A stretch of 64,000 nucleotides of DNA. Source: Clostridia bacterium. GTDB taxonomy: Bacteria > Bacillota > Clostridia > Oscillospirales > CAG-272. Shown one piece after another: positions 1 through 8,937 of the stretch. Made by a program: the position numbers and the translations under genes. Positions within the stretch are counted from its first letter, which is position 1; the number at the start of each line of letters is the position of its first letter. The DNA is taken from the NCBI GenBank assembly GCA_017631085.1, contig JAGBTY010000047.1, positions 5,302 through 69,301 of the forward strand. Reading direction: 5' to 3'. The notes beneath the pieces were generated by a model. That model was not told the DNA's origin and searched no databases. It worked only from the letters and a program-made list of their open reading frames with translations.

Positions 1-676
1 CAAGAGGACTATAGATTATAACGCCCTTTCCGTTTTCGTCAGCTTCCTTTAAAAGACCGTTTTTTTCGACCGTTCTGTCAAATATTGAATATCTGTTCTG
101 ATTGATAATGAAGGGGCAATTAAGGTCGCGGAGAATGCGACTTGCCCTCGTCATTGTTTCACCGTCATAATTTGAAAGCCCGACGTAAAGAGCCTTTCCG
201 CTTTTTACGATACTGTCAAGGGCAGTCATAGTCTCTTCAAGAGGTGTTTCGGGGTCCATTCTATGATGATAGAATATGTCAACGTAATCGAGCCCCAGCC
301 TCTTAAGACTTGCATCGAGAGATGCAATCAGATATTTACGGCTTCCAAAGTCACCGTAAGGACCGTCCCACATCTTATATCCCGCTTTCGTGCTTATGAT
401 AAGCTCGTCACGGTATGCCCCCATTTCCTCGCGGAGAATTTTTCCGAAATTTATCTCGGCACTTCCGGGCACAGGACCGTAATTATTGGCAATATCGAAA
501 TGTGTGATACCCAGATCAAATGCGGTAAAGCACATTTTTTTCATGTTTTCATAATCGTCGTTTGTACCGAAATTATGCCAAAGACCAAGAGATACGGCAG
601 GGAGCTTAAGTCCAGACGCACCGCATCTATTGTATTTCATGTTCGAATATCTTTCATCATTTGCTTTGTAATTCAT
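1..676 (-). CDS. Aldo/keto reductase (YghZ / Kv-beta-like), N-terminal part only; the gene runs off the window at position 1
   Basis: Not in the ORF track because there is no in-window stop. Manual minus-strand translation from ATG at 676: MNYKANDERYSNMKYNRCGASGLKLPAVSLGLWHNFGTNDDYENMKKMCFTAFDLGITHFDIANNYGPVPGSAEINFGKILREEM...LDYVDIFYHHRMDPETPLEETMTALDSIVKSGKALYVGLSNY. These are typical AKR motifs. RBS AAAGGAGAAAA lies just upstream. Confidence 0.85.
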   Translation of the reverse strand, partial: MNYKANDERYSNMKYNRCGASGLKLPAVSLGLWHNFGTNDDYENMKKMCFTAFDLGITHFDIANNYGPVPGSAEINFGKILREEMGAYRDELIISTKAGYKMWDGPYGDFGSRKYLIASLDASLKRLGLDYVDIFYHHRMDPETPLEETMTALDSIVKSGKALYVGLSNYDGETMTRASRILRDLNCPFIINQNRYSIFDRTVEKNGLLKEADENGKGVIIYSPL

Positions 677-743
677 ATTTTTTCTCCTTTTTATTTTTGG
701 AAATGGTAGCAGGGATCTATCCTTAAGAATAAAAGAGATGTCC

Positions 744-1008
744 CTCGCCCGAGATCTCGGCAAAGCCGCCCTTCTTTCGTCGGGTTCGACTTCGAAAACG
801 ATACTTGATCGTTTTCTCCGCTCAAGATGACACGGGCGAGAGTTGAACTGTATCTCCTTCTTTGAGATTAGCTTACGTCAATCCCACCGTTGTCATTCTG
901 AGCGAAGCACAGATAATAAATGAACGTCGAGCGGTAAGCCAAGGAGCCTGTGCGAAGTCGAACTTTTTTTGCACGGGGTAGTGCAAAAAAAGCATACGCT
1001 TGCGTATG
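744..1008. repeat. Hairpin-dense non-coding block with nested inverted repeats
   Basis: CTCGCCCG (744-751) pairs with CGGGCGAG (833-840). GAAAACGAT (794-802) pairs with ATCGTTTTC (808-816). CGCTCAAGATGACA (819-832) pairs with TGTCATTCTGAGCG (891-904), 13 of 14. TTTTTTTGCAC (964-974) pairs with GTGCAAAAAAA (981-991). CATACGC (993-999) pairs with GCGTATG (1002-1008). Confidence 0.7.
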
Positions 1009-1041
1009 GAATCTCGGTGGATAGATTACTTTGTCTTGCGT

Positions 1042-1074
1042 AATAAAATTCACAGCCATGGTGTGAATTTTATT
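1042..1074 (-). terminator. Hairpin overlapping the glmS stop codon; terminator-like
   Basis: AATAAAATTCACA / TGTGAATTTTATT, a 13 bp stem with a 7 nt loop. No clean U-tract afterwards. Confidence 0.4.
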
Positions 1075-2902
1075 CTACCGTTACCGATTTTGCGAGATTT
1101 CTCGGCTTATCCACGTCAAGCCCTTTAAGTGCCGAGACGTGATATGCCAGCATCTGCACAGAAGTTATAAGAGGGAACGGAAGCAGAAATTCTGGAATTT
1201 CGGGCAGAGGAATGATGCTGTCGTAGGGAATGTTGTATTTCTCCGCCAATGAGGGTGTTGTAGCTACTATTACGTAGCCTCCTCTTGATTTTACCTCTCT
1301 GATACCGCTTACAGTCTTTTCGCAAATTTTTTCAACAGTTGCAAGAGCGACTACCGGAGTACCGTCTGTAACGAGAGATATAGTGCCGTGCTTGAGCTCT
1401 CCTGCCGCATAAGCTTCACTGTGTATATAAGATATCTCCTTGAGCTTGAGGGACGCTTCGGTTGCGATAGATGCGTCCATGTCTCTTCCTATAAAGAAAG
1501 CGTGCTCGCAAGATACAAGCCTTGAAGCTATGTTTCTTATGACATCATTTTTTGAAAGTATGTCGTATATGGATTCGGGAATGGTCTTGAGCATAGATGC
1601 GCAAAGGTTTGCCGCCTCACCTGTGGATATTTTATTTGCGGCAAGAGCTATTCTTATTGCCATAAGGTAGAGAAGGGCGCACTGAACTGTATAAGCTTTG
1701 GTACTTGCTACTGCTATTTCAGGGCCTGCTCCTGTATAGAGCACAGCATCTGCTTCGCGGGCAACAGATGAGCCTACCACGTTTACGATAGCAAGAGTGA
1801 ACACTCCCTCTGCCTTGCAATGTCTTAAAGCGGCAAGGGTATCTGCCGTTTCTCCCGATTGGGATATGAGGATCACAAGATCGTTTTTGCCAAGTATGGG
1901 ATCGCGGTATCTGAATTCACTTGCGATCTCAACGTTTACGGGTATGCGGGCAAGACGTTCTATTACTGTTTTGCCTATTATTCCCGCGTGCATTGCAGTT
2001 CCGCAGGCAACTATGTGTATTCTGTCAAAGCTTGCGATCTTTTCTGTATCGAGCAAGGGAACGTCGAAGTAGGGAAGTCCGTCCTTCATGTGAGGAGAAA
2101 GAGTTTTTCTTACAGCATCGGGCTCATCGTGTATCTCCTTGAGCATAAAGTGAGGAAATCCACCCTTTTGAGCCTGTTCTACGTTCCAGTTTATTTTTTC
2201 GAGAGTTGCTTCGGTCGTATCTCCGTTTTCGTCATAGAAGGTAATATCACTTTTTTCTATCTTTGCTATTATTCCTTCGCCGAGGCGATAATATTCACGG
2301 GTGTAGCCAAGTATCGCCGGAATATCCGATGCGATAAGGCAACCGCTGTCACTCTTCGAAACTATAAGCGGACTGTCCTTCCTTGTGGCGAATATTGTAT
2401 CCTTTATATCATTGAATATTATCCCCAGAGCATATGAACCTCTAATAACACGACAGGCTTTTCTTATTGCATACAAGGGATCGTGTTCTTTTTTATAGAA
2501 CATATCAATGAGCTTTGCAGCTCTTTCGGTATCGGTATCCGATTCGAAGGTATAGCCAGCACCTACAAGAACTTCCTCTATTTCGGCGTAATTTTCTATT
2601 ATACCGTTGTGAACGAGGGCAAGTGTTTCTGCACAGTGGGGGTGTGAGTTTACGTCAGACGGCTCTCCGTGAGTTGCCCAACGTGTGTGACCGATACCGC
2701 AGTTTCCGAAAATATTTCCTGTTTGTTTTATCTTTTCTGCAAGGCGATCAAGTCTGCCTTTGGATTTGACCGTCTTAATGCTATTATCTTTAGAGACGGA
2801 TATTCCCGCGGAGTCATATCCTCTGTATTCGAGGGCTTTAAGGCCCTCAATTAGTATTGGAACAGAATCATTTTGTCCCGTATAGCCAATTATACCGCAC
2901 AT
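1070..2902 (-). CDS. glmS: Glutamine--fructose-6-phosphate aminotransferase (isomerizing)
   Basis: 610 aa. N-terminal MCGIIGY (Ntn Cys), two SIS domains, C-terminal KSVTVE. Sits directly downstream of glmM. Confidence 0.97.
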   Translation of the reverse strand: MCGIIGYTGQNDSVPILIEGLKALEYRGYDSAGISVSKDNSIKTVKSKGRLDRLAEKIKQTGNIFGNCGIGHTRWATHGEPSDVNSHPHCAETLALVHNGIIENYAEIEEVLVGAGYTFESDTDTERAAKLIDMFYKKEHDPLYAIRKACRVIRGSYALGIIFNDIKDTIFATRKDSPLIVSKSDSGCLIASDIPAILGYTREYYRLGEGIIAKIEKSDITFYDENGDTTEATLEKINWNVEQAQKGGFPHFMLKEIHDEPDAVRKTLSPHMKDGLPYFDVPLLDTEKIASFDRIHIVACGTAMHAGIIGKTVIERLARIPVNVEIASEFRYRDPILGKNDLVILISQSGETADTLAALRHCKAEGVFTLAIVNVVGSSVAREADAVLYTGAGPEIAVASTKAYTVQCALLYLMAIRIALAANKISTGEAANLCASMLKTIPESIYDILSKNDVIRNIASRLVSCEHAFFIGRDMDASIATEASLKLKEISYIHSEAYAAGELKHGTISLVTDGTPVVALATVEKICEKTVSGIREVKSRGGYVIVATTPSLAEKYNIPYDSIIPLPEIPEFLLPFPLITSVQMLAYHVSALKGLDVDKPRNLAKSVTVE

Positions 2903-2999
2903 ATTAATATATTTTTCATTGTTGTATAAGAATATACATTTTTCAATGAATACTTGTTTATGATTGTTCTGTTTTGCAGTTTTGTGAAAAGTATGCTTT

Positions 3000-4355
3000 T
3001 TATTTGTTGCCGATCCTATCTTTGATAGTATTTGAAATATCGTTTGCGATATTTTCTATCTGGATCTCGTCACTACCTTCGACCATAACTCTGATCAGAG
3101 GCTCTGTTCCCGAAGGACGTACTACTATTCTTCCTGTGCTTCCGAGGATCTCTTTAGCTTTGTTTATCTTATCGTTTATCTCGGGATCGGTATAGAATGC
3201 TATCTTGCCTTCATTGGTCACGGTGAGGTTTACAGTAGTTTGAGGATAACGCTTCATAACAGACGCAAGTTCCGAGAGCGGCTTATTCGCACACTTCATA
3301 AGAACGAGAAGCTGTGTTGCTGTGAGCTGACCGTCGCCCGTTGTAGCAAAATCACGGAATATAACGTGTCCCGATTGCTCACCGCCAAATGAGTAATCCT
3401 CAAGAAGAAGCTCTTCAAGAACGTATCTGTCACCTACCTTGGTGGCAATAAAGCGGAGGTCGTTTTCTTCGCAGAATTTGCCGAAACCAAAGTTTGTCAT
3501 TATAGTTCCCACGACCGTGTTTTTGTTGAGCTTTCCGCGTTTTTTCAGGTCAAGAGCACATATTGCCATTATCATGTCGCCGTCTATGATATTTCCGGTC
3601 TCGTCAACGCAAAGACATCTGTCCGCGTCACCGTCAAAAGCGATACCGCAGTCAAGTCCGTTTGCAACGACGTATTCCGAAAGAGCATCAAGATGTGTAG
3701 AGCCACAGTCACGGTTGATGTTTACTCCGTCGGGCTCGCTTGCAAGAACGTGTATTTCCGCGCCAAGCTCACGGAAAAGTGTGGGAGCTGTAGCTGAAGC
3801 CGAGCCGTTGGCACAGTCGATAGCAATTTTTAATCCATCAAGACTGCAATGAGCAGAGCTCTTTATGTATCGAATATAGTCGCGTGTCGCATAAGTTGCA
3901 TAGGTAAGCTTACCTACTCCGCCACCAAGAGGTTTTTCGTATTTTGTGTTTTTATCGAGTATCATATCCTCGATCTTTTCTTCGAGCATATCGGGGAGCT
4001 TGAAGCCGTTTCCGCTGAATATCTTGATTCCGTTAAATTCTGCGGGATTGTGAGATGCCGATATCATAACTCCTGCATCTGCTTTGTATTTTCCTACAAG
4101 ATAAGCAACTGCAGGAGTTGGTACTACGCCAAGCTTTATTACGTCAGCACCCACCGAGCAAAGACCTGCTATCATAGCTGCCGCCAGCATATCAGATGAG
4201 GCTCTTGTATCGTTTCCAATAACGAATGTAGGTCTGCGTCTGCAGCCGTCTGAAAGTACTGAAGCGGCGGCTCTGCCTATCTCCATTGCAAGCTCGCAGG
4301 TAAGCTCGGAGTTGGCTATGCCTCTGATTCCGTCTGTTCCGAATAATCTTCCCAT
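3000..4355 (-). CDS. glmM: Phosphoglucosamine mutase
   Basis: 451 aa. MGRLFGTDGIRG start, phosphoserine loop SASHNPAEFNGIK, metal site DGDADR, GEQSGH sugar loop. Confidence 0.95.
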   Translation of the reverse strand: MGRLFGTDGIRGIANSELTCELAMEIGRAAASVLSDGCRRRPTFVIGNDTRASSDMLAAAMIAGLCSVGADVIKLGVVPTPAVAYLVGKYKADAGVMISASHNPAEFNGIKIFSGNGFKLPDMLEEKIEDMILDKNTKYEKPLGGGVGKLTYATYATRDYIRYIKSSAHCSLDGLKIAIDCANGSASATAPTLFRELGAEIHVLASEPDGVNINRDCGSTHLDALSEYVVANGLDCGIAFDGDADRCLCVDETGNIIDGDMIMAICALDLKKRGKLNKNTVVGTIMTNFGFGKFCEENDLRFIATKVGDRYVLEELLLEDYSFGGEQSGHVIFRDFATTGDGQLTATQLLVLMKCANKPLSELASVMKRYPQTTVNLTVTNEGKIAFYTDPEINDKINKAKEILGSTGRIVVRPSGTEPLIRVMVEGSDEIQIENIANDISNTIKDRIGNK

Positions 4356-4383
4356 AAGTTTGTTTCCTTTCTTTCGTTTGATA

Positions 4384-5052
4384 TCAAGTCAGCTTTTTTG
4401 GAACTATCTTTTCCTGTGCTTTAAAAATGTGATAAGGCGGTATGCAGCCTCTGACAGAAGACAGTGGATAGATGTTGGTGTATCGTCCTATGATAGTTCC
4501 GGGATTGAGAACACTGTTGCATCCAACCTCTACGTTGTCTCCAAGCATTGCTCCCATCTTTTTGAGACCTGTTTCAATTTTTTCGTCCCCGTTTTTTATT
4601 ACAACCTGTGTTTTGTCGCTTTTTACATTGGAGGTCACAGCCCCCGCTCCCGTATGTGAGCGATAGCCGAGGATCGAGTCGCCGATGTAATTGAAGTGAG
4701 GAACCTGGACCGAGTCGAAAAGGATACAGTTTTTTAGCTCACATGAATTTCCAACGACACAGTCGTCGCCTATAATGACAGAGCCTCTTATAAATGCACC
4801 CGTTCGCAGCTCGGTGTTGTGTCCGATTATTGCTGGGGCAAGGATCGTTGTGTTTGGAGCGATTTTTGCGCTTTTTGATATCCACACATTTTCGGTAGGT
4901 GAAAAATAGTCTTCTTTTGAAAGTGTATTCCCGAGCTTTACCGTATATTCTTTAATTTTTGGAAGGGCAAGCCACGGGTATTCACATTCTTCGAGAAGTG
5001 ACTTTGCCAGAGTGTGATTCAGGTCATAAAGAGCGAGCGTAGTGATATCCAT
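4384..5052 (-). CDS. Left-handed beta-helix (hexapeptide repeat) acyltransferase resembling the C-terminal acetyltransferase half of GlmU; no nucleotidyltransferase domain
   Basis: 222 aa. Repeated [LIV]-G-x-x-x-x hexapeptides (IIGHNTELRTGAFIRGSVIIGDDCVVGNSCELKNCILFD... GDNVEVGCNSVLNPGTIIG). Immediately upstream of glmM-glmS on the same strand. Confidence 0.7.
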   Translation of the reverse strand: MDITTLALYDLNHTLAKSLLEECEYPWLALPKIKEYTVKLGNTLSKEDYFSPTENVWISKSAKIAPNTTILAPAIIGHNTELRTGAFIRGSVIIGDDCVVGNSCELKNCILFDSVQVPHFNYIGDSILGYRSHTGAGAVTSNVKSDKTQVVIKNGDEKIETGLKKMGAMLGDNVEVGCNSVLNPGTIIGRYTNIYPLSSVRGCIPPYHIFKAQEKIVPKKLT

Positions 5053-5117
5053 ACTTTTTTCCTTTCTCCAGGATTTATATTTGGGTTTTCACCTTTCTTT
5101 TAAAAAAGGTGAAAGTA

Positions 5118-6470
5118 TTATCTGTTTTCGAGATATTCCTCAAGGCAGAGTCCTGACAGATATATCTCGGTTGCCGCCTCTCGTCCGACGAAGCGGTAGT
5201 GCCAGGGCTCGTAGCTGTATTTTGTGGTATTTACTTTATCCTCGGGATAGCGGAGGATAAATCCGAATTTGTATGCGTTTTTCGAAAGCCAATCGAATGC
5301 ACCGTACTCCTCAAAGCTTTCGTCAAGATCGCTCATGCCGTCGGTCATGAAGTCGATGCAAAGACCGCTTTGGTGTTCACTCTGACCAGGGAGCGCAGAG
5401 ACCATGGCAGCTGCCGCTTCGGCTTCCTCACGGCTCATTCCTTTGTTGATGTAATACTGAATGTTTTTTTCGTGATTTGTGATTTGATATTCGTAAGATC
5501 TATATGCGCTCGTAACGAACAGCTCCTCGAATGCGTCGGGGGCTTCGGATTCCATTTCTGCAAGCATGGCGTAGAGAGCGTTTGCCGCATCCTTACGCAG
5601 ATACATCGTTCTTCCGGGTGGCGTTCTGCACTCATCTAACAGCACGAGGTCATCGGGCTCATAATCTTCACCTATAGGGTTTGATTTATTTACGAGGTTG
5701 AGATATTCGGTCTTGATACTATCAAGATATTTTGAGACGTCGGTGGTATATTTATATTCGTGTCCGTCGGCAAGATTACCCTTATCGTCAAGTACAGCGA
5801 ATTTGCTCACAGAGAAGAGCATATCGGTGGGAACGAGGTCCCCGTTTTTGTCCTTATAAACTCTTCTGCCTATTTTTATAACATTATTTTCTGTGTCGTG
5901 CTTGATAAGCAATCCCTCCTCTATGGCGTTGATCAAAAAGTTTAAAGGTATCATGCATTTTTCGGCATCGACCTCGGCTTTTCTTTCCATTGCAACCGCT
6001 TTTCCATTTATAAGAGCTATTTCGCTGTCATTGGTAAATTTGAGGTAATGGGAGTTGGATACACTGAATTTTACGTTAGTATCCGAGCCACCTACCGAAA
6101 GAGACGAAAATTCTGCCACGCGTCTCATGTCAATAAGCACCACTCCATCCTTTACTGCTTCCTTGTATTTTACCGTGTAATGCTCGTTTCCAAGATAGAC
6201 AGTATAATCCGACGTGTTCGGTCTGTCGGATATTTTGCCTATAAAATACACCGTTACGAATACGAGAACAACAACGAGTAAGATAGCTGCGATAGCGACA
6301 GAAGCGGAAAAAAGCTTGTTTTTCTTTATATATCTTATGGCGACGGCTTTGGGAGAATTATCGTAATGTCCTGCTCCCGAGCTTCCTGTAAGTCCTGAGC
6401 GGAGCATTTTTATCTCGTCGTCGGAAAGTCCTTTTTGTTGCTTATCATTATTGTTTTGATTTTCATTCAT
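5118..6470 (-). CDS. Membrane-anchored D-alanyl-D-alanine carboxypeptidase, VanY / peptidase M15B family
   Basis: 450 aa. One N-terminal TM (LFSASVAIAAILLVVVLVFVTVYFI). C-terminal M15B motifs SEHQSGLCIDF and EPWHYRFVG. Confidence 0.8.
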   Translation of the reverse strand: MNENQNNNDKQQKGLSDDEIKMLRSGLTGSSGAGHYDNSPKAVAIRYIKKNKLFSASVAIAAILLVVVLVFVTVYFIGKISDRPNTSDYTVYLGNEHYTVKYKEAVKDGVVLIDMRRVAEFSSLSVGGSDTNVKFSVSNSHYLKFTNDSEIALINGKAVAMERKAEVDAEKCMIPLNFLINAIEEGLLIKHDTENNVIKIGRRVYKDKNGDLVPTDMLFSVSKFAVLDDKGNLADGHEYKYTTDVSKYLDSIKTEYLNLVNKSNPIGEDYEPDDLVLLDECRTPPGRTMYLRKDAANALYAMLAEMESEAPDAFEELFVTSAYRSYEYQITNHEKNIQYYINKGMSREEAEAAAAMVSALPGQSEHQSGLCIDFMTDGMSDLDESFEEYGAFDWLSKNAYKFGFILRYPEDKVNTTKYSYEPWHYRFVGREAATEIYLSGLCLEEYLENR

Positions 6471-6494
6471 TTTGAATACGACCTCATGGTAAAA

Positions 6495-7049
6495 TTAGGG
6501 TTTGTTTTCTATGAGAATAAAAAACGGGGAGGTTGGCGAGTTGAGAATGTTTATTCTTGTAGCACACACCTTATATCTTGAAAGACCTGATAAATATTCG
6601 CATATCTCTTTGCCCTCTGCTTCGCCCTCAGCGTGACCCGGGTATATGGCTACAAGTATTATAGCGTCTCTGTCCATAAGAGAGATAGCGGCTTCAATTG
6701 CGGGAAGAGTGGTCTTGCGCATGGTAGTTACCGTCTTGTCGCTTCCGGGAAGGTATCCGAGGTTGAACATCCCCGCGCGTATTGGTTCTTTTACATAGTT
6801 TTTCACGTTGTGGTGGGAGTCGTGTATAAGGGTGTAGTTTTCGGGACAGCCTGCTTTTTTTAGATTTTCAGCAGTAGACCGAAGAGCCGCCTCTTGAATG
6901 TCGAAGGCGTAAACGTGCCCCGTCTCGCCTACGGTTTTTGATAAAAATTCGGTATCGTGTCCGTTGCCCATAGTGAAGTCTACGGCAATATCCCCCTCGC
7001 GAAGATGGGTAAGTATAAAGTGCTTTTGAAGGTCTAAAAGGTCTATCAT
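6495..7049 (-). CDS. Class I SAM-dependent methyltransferase, YtqB/MnmM-like (putative tRNA or rRNA methylase)
   Basis: 184 aa. DFTMGNGHDT SAM-binding loop, YAFDIQ, NLGYLPG. The layout matches B. subtilis YtqB from memory. Confidence 0.7.
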   Translation of the reverse strand: MIDLLDLQKHFILTHLREGDIAVDFTMGNGHDTEFLSKTVGETGHVYAFDIQEAALRSTAENLKKAGCPENYTLIHDSHHNVKNYVKEPIRAGMFNLGYLPGSDKTVTTMRKTTLPAIEAAISLMDRDAIILVAIYPGHAEGEAEGKEICEYLSGLSRYKVCATRINILNSPTSPFFILIENKP

Positions 7050-7099
7050 TTTTCGTTTCCTTTTTATATTATATTCAGAATTTGCCCATATGTATAAAA

Positions 7100-7816
7100 T
7101 TATTTCTTGGTTTTTGGTGGAACGTGAAGGTCGCTGCGTAAGAATTTTATAGCTCTTTCTACCGAATCCTTGGAGTTATACCAGGGCTCCTCATCGTATC
7201 TATAATCAAATTTCTTGCAGAACCAGCTTATGTCCTCGCCAAGCTCTTCTATGTATCGGTCAACTATAGTTGCGCAGTCTTTCTCAAACTGGGGGAAGGT
7301 TTTTTTTGAAAGTCTGTCTTTAGCTACCGCAAGAAGACGGCGATAGTGGGGCAGACAGAAATAGGGTTGAGCACGAAGCTTTGGAGCAAATGCCTCGTCC
7401 CTTTCCCAAAGAAGCACGGCAGTCTCTATCATGTGAAGAAAATTAAATTCTATTCTGCCGCAAACATAGCAGGAGCTTTCTAATTCCCCTATGCGAGCTG
7501 TTGGCTTTGCTCCCGGGGCGGAGAAAAGTCCACCGTCCTTTATGTCCTTTTTTAACTCTGCAATGTGGCTCTCAAGAGTCAGCGCCATTCCGAGACGGTT
7601 CTTCATAACGAACATCATGTCGTAATGAGTCCTGCAAAAGCCTTCCTTGTTGGTCTTGATCCTTACGTCCGGCTCCATCATTGAAGCTCCAAGTATAAGC
7701 TCCAGCTCGTCGTTTTCAAGTTTGTTATATAGCGCGCAAAAGGGGCAACCGCAGCTCTTGTCGGCAGCGGAGGCTTCAAATGCTTCATTTACGGGTATGG
7801 TATAAATTTGTTCCAT
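7100..7816 (-). CDS. Conserved hypothetical Cys-rich protein (resembles the family I recall as DUF6062; unverified)
   Basis: 238 aa. Cys pairs CGCPFC, FCRTH, CYVC, FCLPH suggest metal-binding knuckles. Clean ORF with no competing frame. Confidence 0.6.
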   Translation of the reverse strand: MEQIYTIPVNEAFEASAADKSCGCPFCALYNKLENDELELILGASMMEPDVRIKTNKEGFCRTHYDMMFVMKNRLGMALTLESHIAELKKDIKDGGLFSAPGAKPTARIGELESSCYVCGRIEFNFLHMIETAVLLWERDEAFAPKLRAQPYFCLPHYRRLLAVAKDRLSKKTFPQFEKDCATIVDRYIEELGEDISWFCKKFDYRYDEEPWYNSKDSVERAIKFLRSDLHVPPKTKK

Positions 7817-7959
7817 TCTTTCCTCACAAAAAGTTGATTTTTAAGAAAATATATGATACAATATAATAAAGAGTATATACATAATTTATTATATCATAAA
7901 AGTACTTTTTTTACAATATATTTCTACAATTATTACATAAACATGCAGAGGATAAATTT

Positions 7960-8889
7960 ATGGTGGAACTTGAAAACGTGCGTGAAATAAAAGAGGGAAA
8001 TATTCCGTGTGTCGTATTTAAAACCCCTCTTTATTTTGACGTAGAAAAAATATTCGATTGCGGGCAATGCTTCAGATTTGACAGAGTTGAGAAAACAGAG
8101 CATAAGAGTGAGTTTTCGGGAGTTGCCATGGGGCGATACGTGTCTTTTGCAGAGGATGATAAAGAGACTTACATATACAATTCTACCGAACAGGAATTTT
8201 TCAACATATGGAGCAGATATCTCTCTCTTGATATGGATTACGAGGCGGTGGAGCGAGATATATTCGAAAACTGCAAAAATCCCATACTCCGAGAGGCGGC
8301 AGAATACGGACGTGGAATAAGAATCTTGAGGCAAGACTCATTTGAGAGCATTATATCCTTTATTATTTCGCAGAACAACAATATCCCAAGAATTAAAAAA
8401 ATAATCGAAAGATTATCGAAGGAATCGGGAAATGAGATAGAAGTGGGAGGAATGGAAAAGCATTGCACAGAGGTGTCATCACGTTTTTCTTTTCCCACGG
8501 CAGACGCGATATATTCTCTTGGCATAGATGGACTTCGGGGTATCGGAACGGGATTTCGCGCAAAATACATATACGACGCGGTTGAAAAGATGCTTTCGGG
8601 AGAGCTTGATATAAGCAAGATAGCCTTGGCGGAAAATACCGAAACGGGTATTGATATGCTTTGCTCGGTAAAGGGAATAGGGCCTAAAGTCGCGTCCTGC
8701 GCCCTGCTTTTTGGATTTGAGCGCTATGATGCCTTTCCCATTGACGTGTGGATGAAGAGAGCGGTGGAAAAATATTTTCCCGAATATGATAAGGACAGCT
8801 TTTCACCCACAATTCTCGGACAGTATGCGGGTATCGCGCAACAGTATCTTTTCTATTATGAGAGGTATCTCGGCGGGAAAGAAATATAA
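7960..8889 (+). CDS. ogg: 8-oxoguanine DNA glycosylase / HhH-GPD base-excision repair enzyme (Ogg type)
   Basis: 309 aa. OGG N-terminal-like domain, then helix-hairpin-helix VKGIGPKVASCALLFG and catalytic D in AFPIDVWMKR. Confidence 0.8.
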   Translation: MVELENVREIKEGNIPCVVFKTPLYFDVEKIFDCGQCFRFDRVEKTEHKSEFSGVAMGRYVSFAEDDKETYIYNSTEQEFFNIWSRYLSLDMDYEAVERDIFENCKNPILREAAEYGRGIRILRQDSFESIISFIISQNNNIPRIKKIIERLSKESGNEIEVGGMEKHCTEVSSRFSFPTADAIYSLGIDGLRGIGTGFRAKYIYDAVEKMLSGELDISKIALAENTETGIDMLCSVKGIGPKVASCALLFGFERYDAFPIDVWMKRAVEKYFPEYDKDSFSPTILGQYAGIAQQYLFYYERYLGGKEI

Positions 8890-8892
8890 AAC

Positions 8893-8928
8893 AACAACGG
8901 CTGACGGATTTTTCCGTCAGCCGTTGTT
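8893..8928. terminator. Bidirectional intrinsic terminator between convergent ogg and ftsH
   Basis: AACAACGGCTGACGG-ATTTTT-CCGTCAGCCGTTGTT, flanked by A-runs and T-runs. Confidence 0.8.
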
Positions 8929-8937
8929 TGTATTCGA

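Noticed and set aside
263-709. 148 aa plus-strand ORF at the left edge
   Set aside because: It is antisense to a clearly recognisable aldo/keto reductase reading frame (minus strand, ATG at 676 with RBS). The plus-strand product has no motifs.
781-800. tRNA T-arm-like string GGGTTCGACTTCG
   Set aside because: No acceptor stem, D-arm or anticodon arm can be built around it.
868-1059. 63 aa minus-strand ORF; likewise 41394-41636 (80 aa) and 41037-41384 (115 aa)
   Set aside because: They run through intergenic repeat and hairpin sequences or are antisense to the acidic protein gene. None has an RBS, and such translated-repeat ORFs are common annotation artefacts.
2903-2999. Possible glmS ribozyme upstream of glmS
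   Set aside because: The spacer is only 97 nt, AT-rich, and lacks the conserved ribozyme core. The element is normally about 170 nt or longer.
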